This document shows positions 18,177 through 27,545 of a stretch of DNA of 64,000 nt, in pieces. The notes beneath the pieces are model-generated. The model was given only the letters and a program-made list of their open reading frames with translations. It was not told the origin of the DNA and searched no databases. A program made the translations under genes and the position numbers. Position 1 is the first letter of the stretch. The number at the start of each line of letters is the position of its first letter. The stretch spans positions 1,387 through 65,386 of the forward strand of contig CANQHN010000008.1 of NCBI GenBank assembly GCA_947623745.1. The letters are read 5' to 3'. Origin of the DNA: an uncultured Oscillospiraceae bacterium (GTDB lineage Bacteria > Bacillota > Clostridia > Oscillospirales > Oscillospiraceae).

Positions 18177-20207
18177 ATGAGCTATCCCGTAGAAAAGATC
18201 CGCAATATCTGCCTGCTGGGCCACAGCGGCAGCGGCAAGACGACCCTGGCCGCCAGCCTTCTGTATCTCACCGGCGCCATCGACCGCATGAGCGTTGCCG
18301 AGCTGGACTATGACCCGGAGGAGATCAAGCGCCAGATCTCCATCTCTCTGGCTGTGGCCCCCGTGGAATATAACGGCTGCAAGATCAACGTGCTGGACAC
18401 CCCGGGCGCTTTCGACTTTGCCGGCGAGGCCATGGAGGCCCTGAAGGCCGCCGACGCCGCCATTCTGGTCTGCTCCGCCAAGGACGGCGTGTCCGTGGGT
18501 CTGGAGAAGGCCTGGAAGTACTGCGAGGAGCGCAAGCTGCCCCGGTTCCTCTACATCTCCAAGACCGACGAGGAGAACGCCGACTTCACCGGCACCCTGG
18601 AGGCCCTGCGGGAGAAGTACGGCAACAGCATCGCCCCCGTGTCCGCCCCCGCCGCCGACGGCAAGACCGTGGTGGACCTGGTGCTCAACAAGGCCTATGA
18701 GATGGGCAAGGGCAAGCGGGTGGAGCGCGCCATCCCCGGCGACATGGCCGACGAGGTGGAGAACCTCCGCGCCGAGCTGATGGAGGCCGCCGCCGGCACC
18801 GACGAGGAGCTGATGGAGAAGTTCTTCGACACCATGGAGCTCACCTCCGACGAGATCGCCAAGGGCATGGGCATCGGCGTGCTGGATGGCAGCGTGGTCC
18901 CCGTGCTGTGCGGCTCCGCCATCACCGGCCTGGGCAGCCTGATGCTGCTGGACAACGTCATCGCCATGGCACCCAACCCCGCCCAGGGCAAGCCCATGCC
19001 CGCCGAGGAGGGCGAGGTGAAGGTGGACCCCGCCGGCGCCCCCGTGGCCTTCGTGTTCAAGACCGTGGCCGACCAGTACGGCAAGTACACCCTGGTCAAG
19101 GTGGTCTCCGGCACCATCACCTCCGACCTGACCCTGTATAACCCCCGCACCAACTCCAGCGAGAAGCTGGGCCGCCTGTACACCATGAAGGGCAAAAAGA
19201 CCGAGGAGATCAAGGAGATCACCTGCGGCGACATCGGCGCCATCGGCAAGATGGACAAGGTCAAGACCTCCGACACCCTGTGCGCCCCCGGCAGCGGTGT
19301 GGAGCTCAAGGGCGTGCCCTTCGCCGAGCCCTGCTACTCCGTGGCCATCGCCCCCAAGACCCGCGGCCAGGAGGACAAGGTGGCCCAGGGCCTGTACCGC
19401 CTGAACGAGGAGGACCCCTCCTTCAACCTGGTCAACAACGCTGAGACCCACCAGATGGTGCTCACCGGGGCCGGCGACATCCAAGTGGACGTGCTGGTGT
19501 CCAAGCTGAAGAGCCGCTTCAACGTGGAGGCCGAGCTGTCCGAGACCCGGGTGGCCTACCGGGAGAAGATCCGCAAGACCGTCTCCAAGCAGGGCCGCCA
19601 CAAGAAGCAGACCGGCGGCAGCGGCCAGTTCGGCGACGTGTGGGTCCGCTTTGAGCCCAACCCCGAGGAGGAAGAGATGGTCTTTGCCGAGGAGGTGTTC
19701 GGCGGCTCCGTGCCCAAGAACTTCTTCCCCGCGGTGGAGAAGGGCCTGCGCGAGGCCTGCATCCACGGCCCGCTGGCCGGCTACCCCGTGGTCAACCTGA
19801 AGACCGTGCTGTACGATGGAAGCTACCACCCGGTGGACTCCTCTGAAATCGCCTTTAAGACTGCCGCTCAGCTGGCCTACAAGGCCGCCATGCCCGAGGC
19901 CAACCCCGTCCTGCTGGAGCCCATCGGCGAGCTGAAGGTCACCATCCCCGACAACTACATGGGCGACGTGATGGGCGACATCACCAAGCGCCGCGGCCGC
20001 GTCATGGGCATGAACCCCACGGGCGACGGCGAGCAGGTGCTGGAGGCCGAGGTGCCCATGGCCGAGATGACCTCCTACGCCATCGACCTGCGGGCCATGA
20101 CCCAGTCCCGCGGCTCCTTCACCTTCCACTTCATCCGCTATGAGGACTGCCCTCCCGCCGCCCAGGCCAAGGCCATTGAGGCCGCCAAGGCTCTGAACGA
20201 GGAGTAA
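18177..20207 (+). CDS. fusA: Elongation factor G paralog (EF-G2-like)
   Basis: GHSGSGKTT, DTPG, SKTD; HKKQTGGSGQFGDV, GSYHPVDSSEIAF; RQISI in place of RGITI. Confidence 0.9.
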   Translation: MSYPVEKIRNICLLGHSGSGKTTLAASLLYLTGAIDRMSVAELDYDPEEIKRQISISLAVAPVEYNGCKINVLDTPGAFDFAGEAMEALKAADAAILVCSAKDGVSVGLEKAWKYCEERKLPRFLYISKTDEENADFTGTLEALREKYGNSIAPVSAPAADGKTVVDLVLNKAYEMGKGKRVERAIPGDMADEVENLRAELMEAAAGTDEELMEKFFDTMELTSDEIAKGMGIGVLDGSVVPVLCGSAITGLGSLMLLDNVIAMAPNPAQGKPMPAEEGEVKVDPAGAPVAFVFKTVADQYGKYTLVKVVSGTITSDLTLYNPRTNSSEKLGRLYTMKGKKTEEIKEITCGDIGAIGKMDKVKTSDTLCAPGSGVELKGVPFAEPCYSVAIAPKTRGQEDKVAQGLYRLNEEDPSFNLVNNAETHQMVLTGAGDIQVDVLVSKLKSRFNVEAELSETRVAYREKIRKTVSKQGRHKKQTGGSGQFGDVWVRFEPNPEEEEMVFAEEVFGGSVPKNFFPAVEKGLREACIHGPLAGYPVVNLKTVLYDGSYHPVDSSEIAFKTAAQLAYKAAMPEANPVLLEPIGELKVTIPDNYMGDVMGDITKRRGRVMGMNPTGDGEQVLEAEVPMAEMTSYAIDLRAMTQSRGSFTFHFIRYEDCPPAAQAKAIEAAKALNEE

Positions 20208-20227
20208 AGAAATACAAAATGTAAAAG

Positions 20228-20255
20228 GCCTCCGCCCCACCGGGGCGGAGGCCTT
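20228..20255. terminator. Terminator hairpin, duplicated at 20444-20471
   Basis: GCCTCCGCCCCACCGGGGCGGAGGCCTT. Confidence 0.75.
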
Positions 20256-20443
20256 TTACGCTTGTTGGAAAAGCCTCGCAGAGTTCGCGCCCGCAGGCGC
20301 GAATCAAGTGTGATTTATTTTTCCCGGCGGCACGTACGTCGGGAAAAATTCCTCTCGGCCCGCAAACGTGCGAGCGCAGCGATGTGCGCTGCAGCGGGCC
20401 GCAATATTTTGTGGGGAAAAGCTGTGCTTTTCCCCACATATTC
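20256..20443 (-). repeat. Dispersed repeat, copy 2, between two copies of the 28-bp terminator
   Basis: 108-bp core 20268-20375 plus hairpin 20410-20438. Confidence 0.75.
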
Positions 20444-20480
20444 GCCTCCGCCCCACCGGGGCGGAGGCCTTCTTATGTTG

Positions 20481-21398
20481 TTATGGTTCCAATCGGACCT
20501 CCAGCGTCTGTCCGTCCTCAAAACCGGCGTCCACCTGGGCCAGGATGAGCCAGGCGCTCCTGTCCCCGGCGTCCGTCTCCGGGACCTCCCGCCGGATGGT
20601 CACCTGCTCCCCGTCCACAGATAGGAGCTCGTGGCCGATGGACCCGCTGGGCTCCTCCAAAACGACAACTAAAAGTCTATTTTCCTCGAAAAATTCCGGA
20701 TCGTATTCGCTCTTGACCTCCGAGAGGTCGTCCTCCGGGAACTGGGCCAGGAATCGCTCCAGGCTGTCCGCGCTGCCCATGATCTGAGCGGAGGGGGCCG
20801 CCGGGGTGCTCCCCCAGGTCACCCGGAGAAACTGGACCTTGTCAAAACCGGCCTGGGCGGCCTCCGGGGCGGCCAGGGCCAGGCCGTCCTCGGGTGCGGG
20901 CTCCGCGTCTGCCTCCGCGTCCGGGGGCAGGGCGCAGACCATGGGGACCTCCTCCGCCGCGGCCCGGCTGTAAAGGGCCGGCTCCTCCGCCTGATCCGAC
21001 GCGGCGGAGAGGCTGCCGGCGCTCTGGACGGTCATGACGTCGCTGCCGCCGCCGGCCCCTCTTGTGAGCGCGCCCCACAGGCCGATGCACACCGCCGCGC
21101 AGGCGGCCAGCCCCGCCAGGGCCCGGACCTGGGGCCTGCGCCACAGGGGGACCACCTTGGGCCTCTGCTCTCCGCGCACCCGCTCCATTACCCCGGCCAG
21201 CAGCTCCGCCGGGGGCTCCTCGTCCGCCCAGGCGGAGAACCCCTCCCGCAGCTGGGCCAGCTGCCCCGCCAGCTCCCGGCACTTCGGACACTGGGCCAGG
21301 TGGGCGTCCAGGGCGCTCTGCTCCCCGGGGGACAGGGGCCCGTCCAGGGACTGGCTGAGCAGCGCTTCATAACAGGCGCAGTCCTCCATGCCGGTCAC
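20481..21398 (-). CDS. Anti-sigma factor (zf-HC2)
   Basis: HLAQCPKC, TM helix; ATGA overlap with the sigma gene. Confidence 0.85.
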   Translation of the reverse strand: MTGMEDCACYEALLSQSLDGPLSPGEQSALDAHLAQCPKCRELAGQLAQLREGFSAWADEEPPAELLAGVMERVRGEQRPKVVPLWRRPQVRALAGLAACAAVCIGLWGALTRGAGGGSDVMTVQSAGSLSAASDQAEEPALYSRAAAEEVPMVCALPPDAEADAEPAPEDGLALAAPEAAQAGFDKVQFLRVTWGSTPAAPSAQIMGSADSLERFLAQFPEDDLSEVKSEYDPEFFEENRLLVVVLEEPSGSIGHELLSVDGEQVTIRREVPETDAGDRSAWLILAQVDAGFEDGQTLEVRLEP

Positions 21399-22003
21399 TT
21401 CCTTTCCGCTTGTTCTGCTGGTATAGACGACGGGGCATCAAAAAAGTTCCCGTCCCGCAGCAAAATATTTTTCAGGGCCAGCCGCCCCCTGGTCAGCCGG
21501 GATTTCACCGTGCCCATGTCCAGCCCCAGATACTGGCTGATCTCCTGGTAGCTCAGTCCCGACAGCTCCCGCAGGACCAAAATCTGCCGCTGGTGCTCCG
21601 GGAGGGTGTCCAGGGCCCGGCGCAGGGCGGCGGCGCGCTCCTTCCGCTCCAGCCGCTCCTCCGGCCCCAGCTCGGCGGAGAGGGGAACGGGGACCTCCTC
21701 CTGCTCCAGGGAGGCAGGAACGCCTACCGCCGCCTGGCGGCGCTTCCGGGCGCGGAGAAAGTCCAGGCACACGTTGCTGGTCAGGCGGTAGAGCCAGGTG
21801 GAGAAGCTGCTGCCCCCCTGGAAGGAGCCAAGGGCCCGCCAGGCGTTGAGAAAGGCCTCCTGGGACAGGTCCAGGGCGTCCTCCGGGCTGCCCGTCAGCC
21901 GCAGGGCCAGGTTGTAGACCCACTTCTGGTTAGCCCGCACCAGTTCTTCAAAGGCGTCCGCGTCCCCTTTCCGGGCCGCGGCCACCAGCTCCTGCTCCGT
22001 CAT
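21395..22003 (-). CDS. ECF RNA polymerase sigma factor
   Basis: DALDLSQEAF...SFSTWLYRL, LSYQEIS...GTVKSRLTRGR. Confidence 0.92.
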   Translation of the reverse strand: MTEQELVAAARKGDADAFEELVRANQKWVYNLALRLTGSPEDALDLSQEAFLNAWRALGSFQGGSSFSTWLYRLTSNVCLDFLRARKRRQAAVGVPASLEQEEVPVPLSAELGPEERLERKERAAALRRALDTLPEHQRQILVLRELSGLSYQEISQYLGLDMGTVKSRLTRGRLALKNILLRDGNFFDAPSSIPAEQAERK

Positions 22004-22036
22004 AGGCGTCCCCCCTCTCTCACAAGCTGCAAAAGT

Positions 22037-23008
22037 TCAGCACAGGTCCCGCTTGATCCCCGCGGTCACCCGGTACACGTCCTCCAGGGTGGTGATCTTG
22101 ACGATCTGCTCCTTGTAATACCCCGCGTGGGGGACCCCCTTCAAATACCAGGCGTAGTGCCGCCGGGCCTCCAGGCAGGCGATCTTCTCCCCCTTCTGGG
22201 CGGCGGACAGCTCAAACTGCCGCACCGCCGTGTCGCACCGCTCCGCCAGGGGCGGGATGGGGGGGATGGGCCGGCCCTCCAGGGCGGCCCTGCACTGGGC
22301 GAACAGCCAGGGGTTGCCGAACACCCCCCGGCCGATCATGGCCATGTCCGCCCCGGTATACTTCAAGATTCGAGGGGCGTCCTCCGGCTTGAACACGTCC
22401 CCGTTGGCGATGACGGGGATGGACACCGCCTCTTTCACCGCCCGGATCCAGTCCCGGTTGGCGCTGCCGGCGTACATCTGGGTGCGGGTGCGGCCGTGGA
22501 CCGCCACGGCGGCAATGCCGGCCCCCTCCATGGCCTTGGCGAACTCCACGCAGTTGATGCTGCCCTTGTCCCAGCCCAGGCGGAACTTTACCGTCACCGG
22601 GCACCGGGCCCCCCGGATGACCGCCTCGGCCACCCGCACCGCCCGGTCCGGGTCCCGCATCAGCCCGCAGCCGTCTCCGGAGTTGGCCACCTTGGGCACC
22701 GGACAGCCCATGTTGATGTCGATGAAGTCCGCCCCGGACACCTCCCGGGCGATGGCGGCGGCCTCCTCCATGCACACCGGGTCGCTGCCGAAGATCTGGG
22801 CGGCGGCGGGGTGCTCGTCCTCCCCCAGCTTCAGCAGGGGGATGGACTTCTTGTCCTGGTAGCCCAGGGCCTTGGCGCTGACCATCTCCGTACAGGTCAA
22901 CCCCGCCCCCTGCTCCCGGCACACAGCGCGGAAGGCGATGTCGGTCACCCCGGCCATGGGGGCCAGGGCCAGGGGGATCTCGATTTTGACGCCGCCGATG
23001 GTGACCAT
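22037..23008 (-). CDS. dusB: tRNA-dihydrouridine synthase DusB
   Basis: LAPMAGVTD, DINMGCP, VHGRTR, IANGD, MIGRG. Confidence 0.92.
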   Translation of the reverse strand: MVTIGGVKIEIPLALAPMAGVTDIAFRAVCREQGAGLTCTEMVSAKALGYQDKKSIPLLKLGEDEHPAAAQIFGSDPVCMEEAAAIAREVSGADFIDINMGCPVPKVANSGDGCGLMRDPDRAVRVAEAVIRGARCPVTVKFRLGWDKGSINCVEFAKAMEGAGIAAVAVHGRTRTQMYAGSANRDWIRAVKEAVSIPVIANGDVFKPEDAPRILKYTGADMAMIGRGVFGNPWLFAQCRAALEGRPIPPIPPLAERCDTAVRQFELSAAQKGEKIACLEARRHYAWYLKGVPHAGYYKEQIVKITTLEDVYRVTAGIKRDLC

Positions 23009-23087
23009 AGCAGACCTCCGCTGACCGCCCGCCGCGCGGAAGAGCGGCGGGCGCATGATGTTATGATTCTATCACGGCTGTCCCGTC

Positions 23088-23116
23088 TTGACAAGGCCGG
23101 GTCCAGACAGTAAAAT
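23088..23116 (+). promoter_or_regulatory. Sigma-A promoter
   Basis: TTGACA-17-TAAAAT. Confidence 0.6.
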
Positions 23117-23155
23117 TGGGAAAAACCCTTTTCTGCGACCAAAGGAGGAACCGGG

Positions 23156-24355
23156 ATGAACCTGAACATCCTGCGGGCGGCCCTGCGGGGCACATCCGCC
23201 TACTATGAGATCATGCAGCAGCCCGTGATGGTCCAGACCACCGCTCTGCTGGACGCCATCGGCGCCCGGGAGGGGGAGCGGGCCGTGGAGGCCTATGCCA
23301 AGCTGTTCTACACCCTGCGCCAGGAGGGCTTCCAGGGCCTGGGGGACTGGCTGTGGGACGCGCTGCGCTACACCGAGACGCCCTACGGCAAGCTGTGTGA
23401 GACCGGCGGGATCGACCCCGCTCTGGAGAACGCCGCGTGCCGGGGGATCGAGACCTTCGTGCTCCTGGCCCGGACCGACTGCGACGAGTTCGTAGACGCC
23501 ATAAGGGCCTTGCTCCCGCCGGAGTACGGCCCGGTGCTGGCCGGCCTGCCCCGGTGGCGGGCCGCCGCCCCCTTCGATTTCGCCGCTCTGACGGAGTTCT
23601 ACCGGGCCAACGGCTGCGGCCTGTTCGGCCGCTACCGGGCCTTCGTTTGGGACAAGGGGGAGCTGATCCCCGTCCAGGACCCGGACTGCCCCCACCCGGA
23701 GGAGCTGCTGGGCTACGAGCAGCAGAGGAACCAGGTGATCGCCAACACCCGGGCCATGCTGGAGGGGCACCAGGTCAACAACGTGCTGCTCTTCGGCGAC
23801 GGCGGCACCGGCAAGTCCGCCACCGTCAAGTCCATGCTCTACCTGCCCGGCTTTGAGGACCTGCGGCTCATCGAGGTGCAGAAGCAGGGCCTGGCCGACA
23901 TGCCCACCCTGATCCGCACCCTGGCCGGCCGGCGGCAGAAGTTCATCCTGTTCATCGACGACCTGTCCTTCGACCAGGACGACAACACCTACTCGGTGAT
24001 GAAAACCATCCTGGAGGGCGGGCTGGAGCGCCGTCCGGACAACGTGGCGGTGTATGCCACCTCCAACCGGCGGCACCTGGTGCGCCAGACCTTCTCCGAC
24101 CGGGCGGGGGACGAGGTGGACGCCTTTGAGACCATCTCCGAAAAGACCGCCCTGGCCGAGCGGTTCGGCCTGCGCATCCCCTACCTGACCATGAGCAAGA
24201 GCGACTACCTGGCCCTGGTGGACCACCTGGCCCGCCGGGCGGGGATCGAGAAGGACCCGGAGTGGCTCCACGCCCAGGCCATGACCTGGGAGATCCGCCA
24301 CTCCGGCCGCACCCCCCGCACCGCCCAGCAGTTCATCGCCAGCCTGAAGCTGTGA
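23156..24355 (+). CDS. ATP-binding protein (DUF815 family AAA+)
   Basis: NNVLLFGDGGTGKS, FIDDLSF, YATSNRRHLV, ERFGL. Confidence 0.82.
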   Translation: MNLNILRAALRGTSAYYEIMQQPVMVQTTALLDAIGAREGERAVEAYAKLFYTLRQEGFQGLGDWLWDALRYTETPYGKLCETGGIDPALENAACRGIETFVLLARTDCDEFVDAIRALLPPEYGPVLAGLPRWRAAAPFDFAALTEFYRANGCGLFGRYRAFVWDKGELIPVQDPDCPHPEELLGYEQQRNQVIANTRAMLEGHQVNNVLLFGDGGTGKSATVKSMLYLPGFEDLRLIEVQKQGLADMPTLIRTLAGRRQKFILFIDDLSFDQDDNTYSVMKTILEGGLERRPDNVAVYATSNRRHLVRQTFSDRAGDEVDAFETISEKTALAERFGLRIPYLTMSKSDYLALVDHLARRAGIEKDPEWLHAQAMTWEIRHSGRTPRTAQQFIASLKL

Positions 24356-24446
24356 AGGCGCCGCCAAATCTTGGGATATTCTCTGGCTATTTGGGAACAG
24401 CTGTGGTACAATCATAAGATAGATAAGAATGCAGGAGGGACCTGTG

Positions 24447-24995
24447 ATGGACCTGACCGAAAAGACGCTGACCTCCGACACCCTCTTCGAGGGACGGATC
24501 GTGACCCTGCAGAGAGACACGGTGGAGCTCCCCAACGGACACACCTCCGTCCGGGAGGTGTGCCGGCACCCCCAGGGCGTGTGCGTGCTGCCTCTGCGGG
24601 CGGACGGCACGGTGAGCCTGGTGCGCCAGTACCGCTACCCCATGGGCCGCACCCTGCTGGAGCTGCCCGCGGGCAAGCTGGACATGGGGCCCGAGGAGCT
24701 GGAGGCCGCCGCCCGGCGGGAGCTGGGGGAGGAGACCGGCCTGGAGGCCGGGGAGATGATCTACCTGGGGAAGATCTACGCCTCCCCCGGGTTCTGCGAC
24801 GAGGTGCTGCACATGTACCTGGCCCGGGACCTGCGGCAGTCCGCAGCCCATCCGGACGAGGACGAGTTTCTGGACGTGGAGTATATGTCCCTGGACGAGC
24901 TGACCGACAAAGTGATGGCCGACGAAATCAGCGACGCCAAGACCGTGGCCGCCGTGCTCAAAACCAGGCTGTTCCTGGAGCGGGAGCGGCACTGA
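24447..24995 (+). CDS. NUDIX hydrolase (ADP-ribose pyrophosphatase-like)
   Basis: LELPAGK...AARRELGEETG Nudix box. Confidence 0.9.
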   Translation: MDLTEKTLTSDTLFEGRIVTLQRDTVELPNGHTSVREVCRHPQGVCVLPLRADGTVSLVRQYRYPMGRTLLELPAGKLDMGPEELEAAARRELGEETGLEAGEMIYLGKIYASPGFCDEVLHMYLARDLRQSAAHPDEDEFLDVEYMSLDELTDKVMADEISDAKTVAAVLKTRLFLERERH

Positions 24996-25018
24996 ACGAA
25001 AAAAAGGAGGGGACCCAG

Positions 25019-25729
25019 ATGGGAAAGAAGATCCTCATCGTGGAGGATGAGCAGAACATTGTGGATATCCTGTCCTTCAACCTGGCCCGGGACGGCTATG
25101 ACACCCTGGAGGCATACGACGGCCCCACCGGGCTGCACCTGGCCCTGGAGGAGGACCCGGACCTGATCCTGCTGGACCTGATGCTGCCCGGGATGGACGG
25201 CTTCGACGTGTGCAGGCAGGTGCGCAGCAGCGGGAGCGCCGTGCCCATCATCATGCTCACCGCCCGGGAGGAGGAGGCCGACAAGGTCCTGGGGCTGGAG
25301 CTGGGGGCGGACGACTATATCACCAAGCCCTTCTCCATGCGGGAGCTGCTGGCGCGGGTGAAGGCCAACATCCGCCGCTCCTCCATGACGGCCGTCGCCC
25401 CGCCGGAGACGGAGGACGGCGAGCGCACCAAACTGGGCCGGGTGACGGTGGACGCCGAGCAGATGACCGTTTTCAAGGACGGCAAGCCCCTGGAGCTGTC
25501 CCAGCGGGAGTACGACCTGATCTGTTTCCTCATCTCCCGCCCGGGCAAGGTGTTCTCCCGGGAGGCCCTGATGGAGAACGTGTGGAACTACGAGGGCTAC
25601 ATGGGCGACGTGCGGGCCGTGGACGTGGCGGTGCGCCGCCTGCGCGAGAAGATCGAGGACGACCCGGCCAACCCCACCTTCATCATTACCAAGCGGGGCA
25701 TGGGCTACTACTTCGGCAGTCAGAACTGA
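25019..25729 (+). CDS. OmpR-family response regulator (WalR/YycF-like)
   Basis: ILLDLMLP, GADDYITKPF, VDVAVRRLREKIEDDP. Confidence 0.92.
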   Translation: MGKKILIVEDEQNIVDILSFNLARDGYDTLEAYDGPTGLHLALEEDPDLILLDLMLPGMDGFDVCRQVRSSGSAVPIIMLTAREEEADKVLGLELGADDYITKPFSMRELLARVKANIRRSSMTAVAPPETEDGERTKLGRVTVDAEQMTVFKDGKPLELSQREYDLICFLISRPGKVFSREALMENVWNYEGYMGDVRAVDVAVRRLREKIEDDPANPTFIITKRGMGYYFGSQN

Positions 25730-25784
25730 GACGCGCCGCCGCGCAGACCCCGTAGAACGATAAAACAGAAAGGAGGCGCCCGCC

Positions 25785-27545
25785 GTGCTGCGCAGCCTGC
25801 ACACCAAGCTGGTGATGATCCTGGTCCTGCTCATCCTGTCTTTGATGACGGTGGTGGGCGCGTTCCTGCTCAACTCCGTGGAGGCCTTCTACCTGGAGGA
25901 CTTCTACAGCCGGGTGGCCACCCGGTTCAGCGACCCGGAGATGGTCTCCGACCTGCGCACCGCCGCGGAGGGGGAGGAGAACGGGGCTGAGATGCTCCAG
26001 CGGGTACTGTCGGCCTACTCCGGCGAGCTGGGCCTGGACGGCGTGAACCGCCGGCTCTACATCCTGGACGAGACGGGCAGCTACCTGGCCGGGGACGACC
26101 CGGAGGCGGGCACCCAGCTGGAGTACACAGAAAACCTCACCGCCGCCGTCCGGGGCGAGGTGGGGGACGAGACCAACGTGGCCGCCGACTATATGGACGT
26201 GGCCATCCCCATCCAGCGGGGGGACTCCAACTACATTATTTACATCACCGACAACAAAGCCACCGCCTCCAGCCTGACCAACCAGATGCTGATCCTGATC
26301 CTGGAGGCCCTGGCCTTTGGCCTGCTGATCTCGATCCTGCTGTCCTTCCTGCTGTCCAAAACGATGGTCACCCCCATCCAGCGGCTCACCGAGGGCGCCA
26401 TGCGGGTGGCCGAGGGGGACTTCTCCCGGAAGATCGAGGTGGACTCCCGGGACGAGATCGGTGTGCTCACCGACACCTTCAACGACATGGCCGGCCAGCT
26501 GCGCCGCACCCTGCGCCAGGTGGAGAACGAGCGCAACAAGCTGGACACCCTGTTCCTGCACATGACCGACGGCGTGGTGGCCTTCGACAAGGACGGCCGG
26601 CTCATCCACGCCAACCCCGCCGCCGCCCGGATGCTGGGCCGCTCCATCGGCCCGGAGACCACCTACGACCAGCTCTTTGGGGGCCTGGCCCCTTTGGAGG
26701 AGGCCCTGTCCACCCCGGACCACCTCAGCGGCGAGCTACGGGAGGAGGACCGGTATATGCAGCTGCTGCTGGCCCCCTTCGACCGGGAGAGCCAGGGCGG
26801 CGTGCTGGTGGTCATCCACGACATCACCGAGCAGCAGAAAAACGAGGAGATGCGCCGGGAGTTCGTGGCCAACGTCTCCCACGAGCTGCGCACCCCCCTG
26901 ACCAACATCCGCTCCTACGCTGAGACCCTGTCCGACAGTGCGGGGGACATCCCGCCGGAGATGGAGAAGAAGTTCCTGGGCGTCATCCTCAACGAGAGCG
27001 ACCGCATGACCCACATCGTCCAGGACCTGCTCACCCTGTCCCGGTTCGACTCCGGCAAGGGCGAGCTGAAGCTGGCCCGGTTCCCCTTCGCCGAGGCGGT
27101 GCAGGACCTGTACAACGCGGTATACATGGAGGCCCAGCGCCACAGCCACACCCTGAACCTGGAGATCCAGCCCAACATGCCCGAGATCATGGCCGACCGG
27201 GAGCGGGTGGTGCAGGTGATGATGAACATCGTCTCCAACTCCATCAAATATACCCCCGACGGCGGTGTCATCAATATCTACGCCGGGCATAAGAAAGATA
27301 GAGTGTGGATGGTGGTGGACGACAACGGCATCGGCATCCCGGAGAAGGACCGCTCTCGGATCTTCGAGCGGTTCTACCGGGTGGATAAGGCCCGCTCCCG
27401 CCAGTCCGGCGGCACCGGCCTGGGGCTGTCCATCGCCATGGAGATCATCCAGCGCCACGAGGGCGAGCTGGCCATTGTGGAGAAGGAGGGCCCCGGCCTA
27501 GCCGTGCGCATGGAGTTGAAGATCGAGGGGCCGGCCCATGGATAA
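25785..27545 (+). CDS. Sensor histidine kinase with HAMP and PAS (WalK-like)
   Basis: SHELRTPLT, NSIKYT, GGTGLGLSI. Confidence 0.92.
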   Translation: MLRSLHTKLVMILVLLILSLMTVVGAFLLNSVEAFYLEDFYSRVATRFSDPEMVSDLRTAAEGEENGAEMLQRVLSAYSGELGLDGVNRRLYILDETGSYLAGDDPEAGTQLEYTENLTAAVRGEVGDETNVAADYMDVAIPIQRGDSNYIIYITDNKATASSLTNQMLILILEALAFGLLISILLSFLLSKTMVTPIQRLTEGAMRVAEGDFSRKIEVDSRDEIGVLTDTFNDMAGQLRRTLRQVENERNKLDTLFLHMTDGVVAFDKDGRLIHANPAAARMLGRSIGPETTYDQLFGGLAPLEEALSTPDHLSGELREEDRYMQLLLAPFDRESQGGVLVVIHDITEQQKNEEMRREFVANVSHELRTPLTNIRSYAETLSDSAGDIPPEMEKKFLGVILNESDRMTHIVQDLLTLSRFDSGKGELKLARFPFAEAVQDLYNAVYMEAQRHSHTLNLEIQPNMPEIMADRERVVQVMMNIVSNSIKYTPDGGVINIYAGHKKDRVWMVVDDNGIGIPEKDRSRIFERFYRVDKARSRQSGGTGLGLSIAMEIIQRHEGELAIVEKEGPGLAVRMELKIEGPAHG

